Below the pieces are notes generated by a model. It saw only the letters and a program-made list of their open reading frames with translations. It ran no database searches and was not told where the DNA came from. From Trypanosoma brucei (lineage: Eukaryota), in contig CP000069.1 in assembly GCA_000002445.1 (NCBI GenBank), positions 224,001 through 288,000 on the forward strand: 64,000 bases of DNA. The letters run 5' to 3'. Both the position numbers and the translations under genes were made by a program. Positions within the stretch are counted from its first letter, which is position 1, and each line of letters opens with the position of its first letter. This document shows, one piece after another, positions 43,496 through 55,232 of the stretch.

Positions 43496-45700
43496 TTAGG
43501 CATTTTGGGGACTCACGGTGAGTTTTAGCATCTTCACTGTGGCCTTGGGAAGGGCAAAATCGCCTCCCTCAGCACGCTGCTGCAGTTTCCGGAGCTGTGG
43601 AATGGCCATTTCTCGCACGCTACAAAACTCGTCACAAGCTTCAAGCACTAGTTGTAACAAGTCCTCCACGTAGTCATCTCCTTCGCCATTCTGCCGTGTA
43701 TTCAACAACCCATCAAGCACACCTTTTACAAATGGTATCCAAAAACTTTCGGTGCAGCCCTCTACTTCGCTACACAACAAATTTAACCACATCGACTCAT
43801 ATGCTGGGAGCCTCATGAGGGTCATTACAGCACGAATTTCTCCCGCTCTCAACAAGGATAGTAGTGTTTCCTGCTCCACTCCACTGCTGCGGACGGTTGC
43901 CCGCGCGGAAAGCGAAGGAGAAGCTGCTGGAAGTGAACAGCAACTATCAGGGCGCAGCGAGTTATTAATTACACTTCCAGTCGACGCAGCCGGGGAGCCT
44001 GGAGGAGGGGCGGAGAGGAATGTTGGCTTTTGCATATAGCCAATAATCGCGGGTGTGGCGCGTGGCGTCGGCCGTAAAATAAGACGCTCCAGTTCTTCAG
44101 CGTACTTTTCATACACATCGGCAGCGGGCGGCGGAAGGCCACGACGCTCATTCGCGTCTTTAGGCAAACCAGTCACCGACACCAACTTACCCTTCGGGCT
44201 ATCGCGACCGTACACAACAGCTGTCAGCTGTCCACCGTAAACGCATCCTGTGTCAATGCCATATGCGAAGGGAAGTTCCTGCAACCCTGCACGGGCATCA
44301 TGACCGAAGACAACACACTCCGGTCCCGTCCATAACTCGCCCCAAGGCTGACCCCTGGAACCCTTTACAACTGCTCGTAACCTTTGCTTTTCGTTGCGCT
44401 GCTGTTTACCGCCACAATTGTTGTTATTATTATTACTACTCTCAGTGTACCGTTCTAACCGTCTTAGGTGCATAATTTCATGCACATTTTGTTTCTCGAG
44501 GGAGTTTTCAACGTTTAGACCGGCGTGTACAACGATAACATTATATTGCGGAATCCGCAAGATGTGTGGTAACGATCGAATATAGTCCTCACAACCCTGT
44601 GGGAACGTGCTTGCGAGTCGCATTACAGGATCCACTTCCTCTTGCTGAGAAAGGGCCTTACCTTTAACACGCGCAATGCAATTTAACAGTGTAAAATCAT
44701 GATTGCCCAATACGCCAATAGCCCCCTTTGCCTGCACAAGCTGCACGACGGCAAGGGAGTCGGGTCCCTTGTTCACCAGATCCCCCACGTGGATGAGGCA
44801 GTCTTTTCCCTGCTGAAACTCAACTTTCAACAACAGTTCTTCCAATTGCTCAGGGCAGCCGTGGACGTCACCCACAATAATGTAGCGATAATCACACGGG
44901 GGGACGGTGCGGATGATGGGTTTGTGAGCGTTGACATTATCAATTGGGTCAATAAGCTTAGGGTTTGAGGGATCACCGGAGACAAGCGTGGCAAGTCGAA
45001 CCGCATCGGGTCCCCCTTCACGATCAACCACAACCATCGGCTCCACTGGAAGAGTCGGCACGCAACGGGGAGGAGAAGTGACAGAAGAAACATTTGCTGA
45101 AGGGGCTGCACGCATCAACTGCTCTACAGTAACTGAAGGCTGCTCAGTAACCCCAACGGAGGCACTCGCTAACGCTAAAGCTACGGACCGCGGGACGGCG
45201 GAGATGTGAGACGTCTTTTCTCGCATTTCATCAGGCAGTTGGTGTGTTCTCGGCGAGGACCGGAGTTTTCGCGCCGCCTTACCAGCGCTTCCTTCCACAC
45301 CGCTACGGTGAGGTGCTTGAGTCTCAATTGGTTTGTCGTTACCGCTGTTGGTGCTACTGTTGTTACTGCTGTGCTTCATACTGCGACTATTGTTATTGTT
45401 ATTATTATTATTATTGTTGCTGCTGCTGTTGTTGTTGTTTCCACTACCGTCAGAGCCAATAATGAGGCCTCGCAACGGTCCTTCATTTTCTGCCGGTGAC
45501 CCTGTTGGTTGCCGCTTCTCCATGAGGGATGCAAAGGCTGAGGCCACGTTCGTGTTGTTGATGTTGGTGGTGGCGGTGGTGGTCACATTAGCAATAGTGC
45601 CGGGGGACATAACTCCTTGACGAAACGTCCTTCCACCCACCCGAGCGCCTTCACTCAACTTGAGCGAGCTTAACTTTTCCAGTAAAGTGCTTGAAGTCAT
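43496..45700 (-). CDS. ALPH1: ApaH-like metallophosphatase (ALPH1-type; the trypanosome mRNA-decapping enzyme), 734 aa
   Basis: ATG verified at 45700. Calcineurin-like phosphoesterase motifs in order GDVHG ... GDLVNKG ... GNHD ... VVHAG ... GHD, which is the ApaH/PPP-like arrangement. The catalytic core is flanked by a long N-terminal extension with a poly-Asn tract and a long C-terminal extension, as described for T. brucei ALPH1. The position, two genes upstream of the RNase-PH subunit and four downstream of CAF1, fits Tb927.6.640. Confidence 0.85.
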   Translation of the reverse strand: MTSSTLLEKLSSLKLSEGARVGGRTFRQGVMSPGTIANVTTTATTNINNTNVASAFASLMEKRQPTGSPAENEGPLRGLIIGSDGSGNNNNSSSNNNNNNNNNNSRSMKHSSNNSSTNSGNDKPIETQAPHRSGVEGSAGKAARKLRSSPRTHQLPDEMREKTSHISAVPRSVALALASASVGVTEQPSVTVEQLMRAAPSANVSSVTSPPRCVPTLPVEPMVVVDREGGPDAVRLATLVSGDPSNPKLIDPIDNVNAHKPIIRTVPPCDYRYIIVGDVHGCPEQLEELLLKVEFQQGKDCLIHVGDLVNKGPDSLAVVQLVQAKGAIGVLGNHDFTLLNCIARVKGKALSQQEEVDPVMRLASTFPQGCEDYIRSLPHILRIPQYNVIVVHAGLNVENSLEKQNVHEIMHLRRLERYTESSNNNNNNCGGKQQRNEKQRLRAVVKGSRGQPWGELWTGPECVVFGHDARAGLQELPFAYGIDTGCVYGGQLTAVVYGRDSPKGKLVSVTGLPKDANERRGLPPPAADVYEKYAEELERLILRPTPRATPAIIGYMQKPTFLSAPPPGSPAASTGSVINNSLRPDSCCSLPAASPSLSARATVRSSGVEQETLLSLLRAGEIRAVMTLMRLPAYESMWLNLLCSEVEGCTESFWIPFVKGVLDGLLNTRQNGEGDDYVEDLLQLVLEACDEFCSVREMAIPQLRKLQQRAEGGDFALPKATVKMLKLTVSPQNA

Positions 45701-48700
45701 ATTTATTTACCCGCCCCCGGTTGCAACCCGATATGCAATTCCTGAATCTATTCAAATCGTTGCTATCCCCTTCTTTCCTTCTCCCTACACAAGCACTAAT
45801 GCACAACTCTTTTCTTTCCCTTTTCCCTCTTTTTTATTATATGTATACGTGTGTCGTAGTGGCTTTTACTTATTATTTCGTTTACCGGTTTTATGCTGAT
45901 GCTTTTATTATTACTTCTTTTCTTTTTGTTCGACCCGTTGCCACTCCCTTTCTTTAATTTTTTCCTTTCTCTTACGTTTTCTTTCGCTACCGATCAAACG
46001 CCCCTCCAAAGAGACTTCCCCGTTCCTTTTCTTCTTTTTTTTTTCTTAAATATCTTTGCTACTCTTCTTCCCTTCCACAGCTCTATAGAAGTAAATAGCA
46101 ATAATAATAGTAATACTAATAGCGATTATGATAAACTACCACCACTCCTCTATCCTTTTCCCCTTCTTTCTTTCTTTCTTTCGTCGTCTTCTTTTTTTGC
46201 CACTGCCACTACTGTTGCTGTGACCTTCGCAATAATCAAATCAGGAGAGCAGTGAATTCCTTCTCTCTCTCTCTTTTTTTTCTTTTTTCCTCCCCCCTTT
46301 ATCCTTCACTTGCCTTGGTACAAAGCTCTACCTTATACGAGTACGTGTATGTATATAAATATATATAAATATATATAAATATATAAATATATAAATGATA
46401 TAGCTGAAGTAACCGTTATTTGAACTGTTCTCAAAGCCGCTGTTGCCTCGAGGTCAAATGGCGCCTAATCTCTTTTTTTTTTTCCTCCTTGTTTCTCCCC
46501 TTCTTCTATGCACTTTTCACCACTGCACTGAACTGAAACTTCTTTACACCTTCAGTTGCTCTCTTCCCTTTTTTTTTTCCTTCTTCTTCTTTTTTCTTTT
46601 ACTCGCCCTCCTCACTTTTGTTAATGTTGCCGTATTGTTCCACCAAAAAGTCAGCAGAAGACGAACAAACAAAAACAAAAATTACAAAAAAAAAATAAGC
46701 AGAAAAAAAAAGGGGTGTGAGTTGAATTAAATCACCCGGTCTAACAGGCGATAGAGTGATGATGGTGATGACTCTCCTTTTCTTCTTCTTCCTTTTTTTT
46801 TATTTTTACTTTTTCTTGTAACGCCTTATATCAATCAGCTTCAGTATGAAAGAAGCGTAAGTTTGATTGATCAAAGGAAGCAAAACGGAAACAAACGGAC
46901 CAAACAAAGAAAAAAAAACAAAAAAGCAAAGGAAGTGGCGAAACAAACCAGAAAACAAAGGAAGAAGAGAAGATGTAAGTGCTAAAGCGAGATTTTTTTC
47001 TTTTCTTTTCCAAAACTTCCCTGAAGATTGTTTTTTTTTTTAAAAAAATATATAAACCAATATATAAATATGTTTATATATTTCACTTGAATTCGTCAAA
47101 CAACAACAACAACAAAAACAACGAAGAATATACACAAATATACACAACTCCTTCTCTTGATTTTGGATCAAAGCTGCAATCCCTTTTCTTCCTTTTCTCC
47201 TCTACTATTTAATTTACTGCACGTGTTGCTTCCGTTCTACTTGTCAAATGAAAAATAAAAAAAAAAAGGAAAAGAAGAAAAACGAAAGAGAAAAAAAAAA
47301 TAATAGAAGCCGATCCCCAGGAGCAGTCGATCTTTTTTTTTTCTTTTTTTTCCTTTTCTTTTTCCTTTTCCTTTTTTTAAAATTTTCCTTCTAACTCCAC
47401 GTCAAACCACCAAATCCAATAGTAAACGGCCGCACACACAAGTACAGAAATCAGTTGACTAACTTTTTTTTGTTTTTTCTTTTGTTTTTTTTGTTTTCGC
47501 CTCCGTACGAACTTTTTAGTTGACTTTCTTTCCACTTTTTTTTTTAAAAAAAAGTTCTTCTTCTTCCTCCTCCTTCCTTCTCCTCCTCTTTTTTTTTGTT
47601 ATTCGTTGATATTTCCTAAACGACTTCTTGCGCTTCCACTCCACTCCACTCACTTAATTAATTACTTTTTTATTTTATTTTATTTTTCTTCTTTACTTCC
47701 CGTGTTTGAAAAGTGAAGAAGCAAATAAGTAAATAAATAAATAAATGAATGAGTGAATAAATAAACAAAGAAATGGCACACAAGAAATGCAGATGGAAGG
47801 TGTAAATAACTAAGATAAAATAAAGTAGTCGAGAGAAAGGACAAGAAAAAAAAAAAGAAAAAAAGAAAAAAAACAGAAAAAGTCAGTCAGTCAGTCAACA
47901 ATAACAACTGACAACAACAACGCTACCGCCAAATGAGTTTCCCTGAGGGATTACGGAGTCGTTGTGAAACAAAAACAAAACAAAACAACAACAAAAAAGT
48001 GATCGATTTTGAATGAAGAAGAGCAGAACTTCAACCGCCTTTTCCTCTTCTTCTTTTTCTTCTTTCTTTCTTCCTTCCTTCACTTTCTTTATATATATAT
48101 ATATATAAATGGTATAAAAATCAGTATATCCCTTTTATTATTTTTCTTTTTCCTTTTTTTTTTTTTAAAAAAAAGACCTCTTGTGCTAGAACTTGTTTTT
48201 TTTTTTCGGTGTCACACGTAAAACCGCTCCTTTTTTCTTTTCTTTTTTTCCTTTTCTCCACCCCCTTTTTTGGCAAGTGAAGACAGAAAAGAAATATATA
48301 TATATATATATATATATGAAAAAAAGAGCGGTTAGCGACTAACAACGAAAGCAACAACAACAAGAAGAAAGGAAAAAAGAAAAGAAAATAAAGAGAGAAA
48401 GTGAAAATAAACGAAAAAAAAACTTTAAAAAGTTTTGTGTTGCGTGTGAACTCTTTTTTTTTTTCCTTGTTTGTTTGTGTGTGTGTGATGCGCTATGATA
48501 AAAGTAATGATGGAAAGCAAGAGAAGAAAGGAAAGAACCAATACGAATAGGAATAAGAATGAGAATGACATGAAGTAAATTGAAGTGAACAGAAGAAATA
48601 TAAAGTGAAGAGACAACATTTAAATGACAGTCATTTGCTCGTGACTCACTCATTTTAACGTAACGCCGGAAAGCGATCGGTACTCAAATGAATTAAATAA

Positions 48701-49655
48701 ATTAAAAAAAAATTTCTGAGCGCTGCCGGTTAATATTTTTAAGTTCTCGTCGGTACCGCCATATGCTCCGCGCGAGGTGGGAGAGAAAAAAAAAGAGAGA
48801 GAGAGAGAGAGACGGGAGTTAAAAATTCAAAAAAAAACAACAGCGGTGGAGTGGGAATATGATGATGATGATGATGATGATGATGATAGTGAAAACCACA
48901 TCAACAGTAACAGCACTTCACCCCACCCCACTTCACTTCACACACATATATATTTAACTGATGGTGGTGACATGTTGTTTTGCAAGCAAAATAAAATAAA
49001 AAAAAAGAAGAGGAGGAGAAGCGTAACTTCACAACTCGTTACCTCTTGTGGGGCCCTCTCCCGTCCCCCCCCCGCTCACCGCACGAGCGCCCGCCGCAGC
49101 GCTTTGCGGATACAAAAAAGGTGCAAGAACCAGATAAACAGCAACACCAACAAAAAAGAACAAGAACAAGAACAACAACAACAACAACAGCAATAATAAT
49201 AATAATAGTAAGCAGACAAATAAACAAAACAAAAAAAAGGTGACAAAGTCATTGGTATTTTCATGCCGCCACCAGCACCGACTACTTTTCCTGCTCGTCA
49301 CTTATCCCTCACGGTTGCACGCCAGATATTGGTGGATATTGCAGGCATCGCAATTCCAAACCCCGTCACTCCCCAGTTCTTCATGGCGGTATTGTTATTA
49401 TTATTGTTATTATTATTATTCCTTTTTCCCTCCTCACTTGTGGGTGATTTGTGATTTTGTTCCCTCCTTTGCTGCAGATTTCGCTCCCAAAGAACGTTCT
49501 TAAAATCGCACCACACACACCTTTTTTTTTTTTGGGGGCTTCCCATTATATTTTCATCAGCTGCTGCCGGCATACCCACTATTTTCCAACCTTCGCCATT
49601 CCAGTCCACCATATAAACCAACAAAACACATGTATACAAATAAGCACGTGCAGAG

Positions 49656-52600
49656 CTACCACAAGTAAAGCAACTCCGCAACCGCCATGTCTTTCAACTC
49701 TCCGCCATATTCCGCCCACACGTGTTCCAGCCGCTCATCCAACAGCGAAGCTTTGCGCTCCACCAGTAAACGTTCCTCAGATGTTAGTGCCGCATCGGGT
49801 ATTTCTACTAATCGTCGAAGCAACACGAGTTCCCCCACCGCATCTACAGATACAAAACTTTGTTTCATTAGCACTCGGGTTGGACTCTGGAGGGCAGTTT
49901 CTGCTTCGTAACTCACTGTGTGATATGTACGCTGCAGTCCACATGAAGGACTTTCACCAAGCGCCACATGGGATCCGCGGCGCGAGAGAGAAAATGTTGT
50001 GTCATATAGCTCCGTCGCTCTCTGTTCCAGCCGAAGCAAAACCCCAACAAACGCTTGTGGAATTTCCCTCGCACAGTGCAGTGCTCCATCAGCACAAGGC
50101 AGCAGTAGAGAAGGTCCCACTACTCTCAAGGCAGTGGGCCGCCCGTGCCAACATACAAAAGGTACTTGACGGTAGCGCCATGGTGTTAATTCGGATGGAC
50201 GGAAACTTCCCCTAGAGCCGCCATTGTCATGAATGATGTTGTTGTTGTTGTTGTTTTTGCCATTGGGATGCAAGTGATGGCGAGATCGCTCTCGCTGAAC
50301 AGATACGCGCTGGATGCAGGATGGAAGTCGCATGCACCGCGTGATAGAGCTTCGAAGGCCGCCATCTGCGCCAACAATACCCGCTGCAACGGCCGTGCTG
50401 TTCTGGCCATTAACCTTTGGGTTCTTTAAGCTGAATATGACAACATTGCGATTGCCATCCACACGAACAAACCCGTCAGCAAAAGTAGTTTGCGAGTGAA
50501 TGTTGGCAAAAGGCGTGGGCTCCAAAGCACAATGCCGTAGTGAGAGATCATCCTGAAGGCACTGAGTCAAAATAACATCCCCTAATGCAGCAACCGGCTC
50601 CGGGCAGTGAGTGCTATTGGGGCTCTTATCTGAATTACTTTTACTGCTTTTCGACACAAGTCGCATGTACCGCGTTCCCCAAGAGTAAAGGCTACAAGAA
50701 AGGAAGGGATACTGTAGGGCCACGGTCGTGCAGGCAGGTGTGCACGATGTGGAGCACATCAACGATAGCGTGGACCCAACAAGGCGGAATATCAGCACCA
50801 TGTCGAGCGCTGCCACAGCAATGAGATGCACATCCCCTAAACTCTGAACCGACAGATCAACTACTCCTCCATTGCCCTTCAACTGGGGGCCGACAATATC
50901 GCCTGCTGTCGAGATGCGCAGCGGACGCGCCTGAACGACGATCAGCCGACCGAGCACCGTGTTGGCCCCACGGCCAGCAGTGGCCGCCTCCTTGTCCACA
51001 GCGTTGGGGGCATCAGAGGATAAAATAACCGTGCCTACAATAAAATCACCACTCACTTCTCCTCCTCCTAATGACATTAAAGGCTCCATACACATAGCAA
51101 CTTCATCCTGTTTCATGGCCATCGCATCCACCACGCGGAACGTATCGACGTCGACTGTTGAAATAAACGAGGCCTGTTCACCCCGATCTAGCATAGCAAC
51201 GATAATATTGCACTGATGCAAGTAAACTGCTTTGGTAAGGCTGTGTGAAGGAGACGTTACTGATGGAAGCCGCATGGAGTGTGTAAGTTGGTACACCACA
51301 GGCCCGCGCAGTAGAACCCCACGGCGGCGAAGATCACAAGGGGGGTCGCTGATGGGCGACGCGGCCTTTCCACTTGTAGCAACTCCCAGCGCTAACGCCA
51401 AATGCGACGGTTGGGGAGGAGGGACCAATTCGGTGATGGATCGAAGTGATATGCCGTCGAAGTCAGCGAGAAGAAGTAAATAAAAGGAGTGAGCGGGGAG
51501 GTATACCACGAGTCCACAGTGCAACTGAGGTAAGAGCATACCGCCATCTGTATTAGCGCTATTGTCACCCGGATGAGGCGCGAGGGCAACAGCCAACTGC
51601 TCTCCACTGGACGACATGCCGTCCAGGGACACGAGCTCAACAGAGCCAGCACGCAAGCTTGCAAAATCAAAGTGAGGACCGCCAGCCGCAGCTGCGCCAT
51701 GTGTTGCAATGCTAAGACAGAGATCCGCAACGAATGGCGCACCATCAACGTCCTTCAGTGCAGTCAGAGACGGGGGTCCCTCCATGGAACACTGAAGCAC
51801 GACAACCCCCTGGTCCAGCAGCACCAGTCCCATTCCTACCTCATGTACCCCACCATCGCAGCTCTCCGCGGTGCGTTTTGTAATGAGGAAGCTGGATAAA
51901 GCAACAGCGTCAAGGTGAAAAATATGGTAACGATTCCTTAACTCTCCCCTCACGCCACAATCTAGCATCCAAACCCAAACCTCATGTGACCAGAGACAGG
52001 CTGCCACGCACCAAAGCGTGCTATTGCAGCAACCGCTGTTAGATTCGCTCGCTTTCCACGTCGTCACATGTGACACATCGCTGGGGAGGGTCTCAAGCAG
52101 AACCACGTATGTATCGTTGACGTTAGCAATACTAAAAACGGCAAACTTCCGGCCGTATGCAACAGCGAGCCATTTATCATCCCCAAAGCACGCGTGAGAG
52201 GCACTAGTGAATTCGGGTAAAACATTTGGAAGTCGGATCCACTTCCCTGAAAAGTTAATACGAGTTGGAGTGCATTGCGCAAAAAAATGTGACGACGGCG
52301 ATGACAACTCCTGTGCGTCAGGAACACAGTACACAGCCAAAGTTGGTTCGTCGAGTATCAGGTGCTGTACATCGTTCACTTTCTCCAACTGACTCCCGCT
52401 TCCGCGCAGAAGGACAGTGTTGATGGCTGTAGTAATTACAACATAGAATTCCAGCAGAGTGTGCTCCGGTTCCTTGTCCTGAAGCCGATTTCCAACAGCG
52501 GTCGAAAGTAAGAACATTCGCTGAGACCCCGCAAAGGTGGCGCGGACACGCAGAACCGCTCCGATCCCTGGCGACAGACGCTGTAGCACTCCCTTTGCAT

Positions 52601-54161
52601 ATGAAACGATGATGTCAGCTGAAGGCCCGCCACATGCAGACGTCATGGCACCGTTTGAAAGCAGTGCACCCACTGTGCAACGGGTTTCAAGGTCGATAAC
52701 GTATGAGTCAGCCACTCCGTCACTCAACATGATGTAACGCCGCGTGGTGTTGTGAGGTTCGAAGGTGACTGTCGACTCGTGCGGAAGTGGCACCGCGGCG
52801 GACGGACGGAACCCACTGGGGAGACCACTAATGTGAGCGAGTGGCCAATCACATCCTTCGCAATCCCCCACGAGAAGATGGGGCGCATCCTGAACCACCA
52901 CAGGTCCAGTGGCCCGCGCTACTGATCCCAACGGGAACTCTGTCAGATTACCATTACTCAAAAGAAGCCACAACACATCGCTGTCGGTGTTGCTTACTTC
53001 ACTTTCCCCTGTTCCGTCTACACTCTCTAATACCTGAAATGGCTGCCGCCGTTGGTGCACCACACCCGCGATGGGTTGCACAGCACTCTGGGCAAGTCTC
53101 ACTACCTTACAGATTTTCATCACTGGACCCTTGTCAACGCTGAAAACTGTAAGTTTGTGCGTGTTTCCGAGTCTAGCCAGCACCAACAATGTTTTGTGAA
53201 GCGACAACACTAGGTAGGGCGAACAGCTTGGCATGGGATATTTATCATCGAAGATTTGGTCGAATTTGGGTCTATTAACCATACACAGGTCTAGGCAATC
53301 GCTGTCCACTGACGCAAACGCAAAACTGTCCCTCTTTTCAACGCACTCCGACTTCACAGTTGTCGGTGACGCAACGGATAGAAGGGCAACCGAAACATCG
53401 TTACTATTACACACATGACTAATGGCCGAAACGCTAACAGGAGGCATCCCACAGCGAATGCAAGGTTCCGGCCGCTCCTGCTTTTGCTTCTGCTCCACCA
53501 ACTCCTGAATGGTGTAGCGTTCCAAAAGCTCTTCATCCGATTGTTCCAACACATCACGCTTGAAGGCAGCCGTGGGGAACGTCTGCTGCGCCACGCTACC
53601 TGGGACGTCAAAAACCCATTTCGTTTGCGCCAGCTTCTCAGCTCCCTGCGAAGTGGAGGGAAAGTTGATGCTGACACAATACCGACCTCCACCCGTGGCC
53701 GCACACTGAACCACGAGCCCATCGCTACTACACGCCAGTTGCGGGGTGTGAACTGGCTGCGAGCAACGACCAGAAAAGTCTGTGGAAAGTGAAGTACGGT
53801 GCAGCACTATCCACGCATTGTTGTGATGCAGGGGATCTTTCGCAACCCAAGACAGGGGGTCGACGGGTAGGTTTGTTTGATAACGTGCAACCACGAGTCT
53901 GTGGTCTTGCGTGACGACAGCAAAGCACTGATGGGCGCAGGCCACCATAGAGATGGGTGTGTTGCCTAAATGCATCTCATCCCCCGTAGCGGAGAAGTAA
54001 CATCTCTCTATATCATCGTCGCTATCTGCCCGCCACACCGGTTTGTAGACGTGAATGGAGGTCCCAACAGCTGCGAGGAGCACAACGCCGCCGCCAATAA
54101 GCGAAAGGGGGCACACAATGTGCGCCACAGTGGAGGGAACTATCTGACGTGTGGCCAACAT
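49656..54161 (-). CDS. Hypothetical protein, 1501 aa; N-terminal hydrophobic segment (possible signal anchor); beta-rich, possibly propeller-containing
   Basis: ATG verified at 54161; 4.5-kb intact ORF. Confidence 0.8.
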   Translation of the reverse strand: MLATRQIVPSTVAHIVCPLSLIGGGVVLLAAVGTSIHVYKPVWRADSDDDIERCYFSATGDEMHLGNTPISMVACAHQCFAVVTQDHRLVVARYQTNLPVDPLSWVAKDPLHHNNAWIVLHRTSLSTDFSGRCSQPVHTPQLACSSDGLVVQCAATGGGRYCVSINFPSTSQGAEKLAQTKWVFDVPGSVAQQTFPTAAFKRDVLEQSDEELLERYTIQELVEQKQKQERPEPCIRCGMPPVSVSAISHVCNSNDVSVALLSVASPTTVKSECVEKRDSFAFASVDSDCLDLCMVNRPKFDQIFDDKYPMPSCSPYLVLSLHKTLLVLARLGNTHKLTVFSVDKGPVMKICKVVRLAQSAVQPIAGVVHQRRQPFQVLESVDGTGESEVSNTDSDVLWLLLSNGNLTEFPLGSVARATGPVVVQDAPHLLVGDCEGCDWPLAHISGLPSGFRPSAAVPLPHESTVTFEPHNTTRRYIMLSDGVADSYVIDLETRCTVGALLSNGAMTSACGGPSADIIVSYAKGVLQRLSPGIGAVLRVRATFAGSQRMFLLSTAVGNRLQDKEPEHTLLEFYVVITTAINTVLLRGSGSQLEKVNDVQHLILDEPTLAVYCVPDAQELSSPSSHFFAQCTPTRINFSGKWIRLPNVLPEFTSASHACFGDDKWLAVAYGRKFAVFSIANVNDTYVVLLETLPSDVSHVTTWKASESNSGCCNSTLWCVAACLWSHEVWVWMLDCGVRGELRNRYHIFHLDAVALSSFLITKRTAESCDGGVHEVGMGLVLLDQGVVVLQCSMEGPPSLTALKDVDGAPFVADLCLSIATHGAAAAGGPHFDFASLRAGSVELVSLDGMSSSGEQLAVALAPHPGDNSANTDGGMLLPQLHCGLVVYLPAHSFYLLLLADFDGISLRSITELVPPPQPSHLALALGVATSGKAASPISDPPCDLRRRGVLLRGPVVYQLTHSMRLPSVTSPSHSLTKAVYLHQCNIIVAMLDRGEQASFISTVDVDTFRVVDAMAMKQDEVAMCMEPLMSLGGGEVSGDFIVGTVILSSDAPNAVDKEAATAGRGANTVLGRLIVVQARPLRISTAGDIVGPQLKGNGGVVDLSVQSLGDVHLIAVAALDMVLIFRLVGSTLSLMCSTSCTPACTTVALQYPFLSCSLYSWGTRYMRLVSKSSKSNSDKSPNSTHCPEPVAALGDVILTQCLQDDLSLRHCALEPTPFANIHSQTTFADGFVRVDGNRNVVIFSLKNPKVNGQNSTAVAAGIVGADGGLRSSITRCMRLPSCIQRVSVQRERSRHHLHPNGKNNNNNNIIHDNGGSRGSFRPSELTPWRYRQVPFVCWHGRPTALRVVGPSLLLPCADGALHCAREIPQAFVGVLLRLEQRATELYDTTFSLSRRGSHVALGESPSCGLQRTYHTVSYEAETALQSPTRVLMKQSFVSVDAVGELVLLRRLVEIPDAALTSEERLLVERKASLLDERLEHVWAEYGGELKDMAVAELLYLW

Positions 54162-55232
54162 CTCTACCCACTCACTTGGGGATGAGGAGGGCCGCCCCTA
54201 TACAATCACGCACTAACAAGACACCAAACACACACACACACACACAGAAGGTACAAACCAAAGAAAAGAAAGAAAAGGGGAAAACAAGGGTGGTGTGGTG
54301 GCTACTGACTACCTTCCCTCTTCACACTTCTTCCTGTGTGTGTGGGCGTGTATGCCCTTTATTGCCTCAGGGGCTTATTGTTCTACTGGTGTTGCTAGTT
54401 AGAGGCAATAATATGTAAGAGAGAGAGAGATGAATATATGCATGCACTGACATGTAAAACAAACGCGTGGTCATACGGGAATATATGTATATATACGTGC
54501 CTGGTCACACCCCCGACTGACACCTGCTCGTATGCGGGTACGGTTGTGCTCGAGTTGTTGGAATTGCAGTTTGAGATATACGCTTGAAGAACAAAAAAAA
54601 ATCAGTGAAAAAAAGGGGGTGTGGGGTGTGAGAGATCATAAGGGGGGAGGTATTGGAGCTGCAAGTTATTCCTATACTCACTGGAGATTGGCATACACCA
54701 GGTAATAATTTTTTTTTTTAAAAAAGCAGTTTATGGGTTAGGAACCGCGTTTGTTTTGCATCAAAAATGAGAAAAAAAATGAAGGATGGATGAATCTGGA
54801 AACAGTGAATCGTTTGCTCCCAATACTCAAGTGTTGATCCCTTAAACACGCTCCTACTGTACTACTACTACTTCCGCTCGCGCACGTTGCATGTATTTAC
54901 CAAGTTTGGCTCTCTTCCTCATTCACCTAACGTGGAAAATATTTTCTACAGTTATGATAACATTACAACATCAGCAGGAAAAGATAGGCAATCCAAATTG
55001 TCTCAGCGGCAGTGTAGACCGCTCGCACAATCCTTCGCCAGCCTCTCCGCTACCCCTTCCCTTTTCAGCAAGAATTCCGCTTTCCCCTAACTTTACCGCT
55101 GCCGTGTACGTCACTTGATTCACTCCCTTTTTCCCCCTTTTAAGGACCTTAACTTTCTCAACGAGCAGAAAGAGAACTAATGTGCAAAAATATATAATAA
55201 AAAAAAAAGTGTCACGACTCCACCTCAAGCAG

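Noticed and set aside
49656-54161. Tentative assignment of the 1501-aa protein to the CPSF-A/DDB1 beta-propeller family
   Set aside because: Some segments look propeller-like, but the N-terminus (hydrophobic anchor) and overall length do not fit. The evidence is insufficient without an HMM search.
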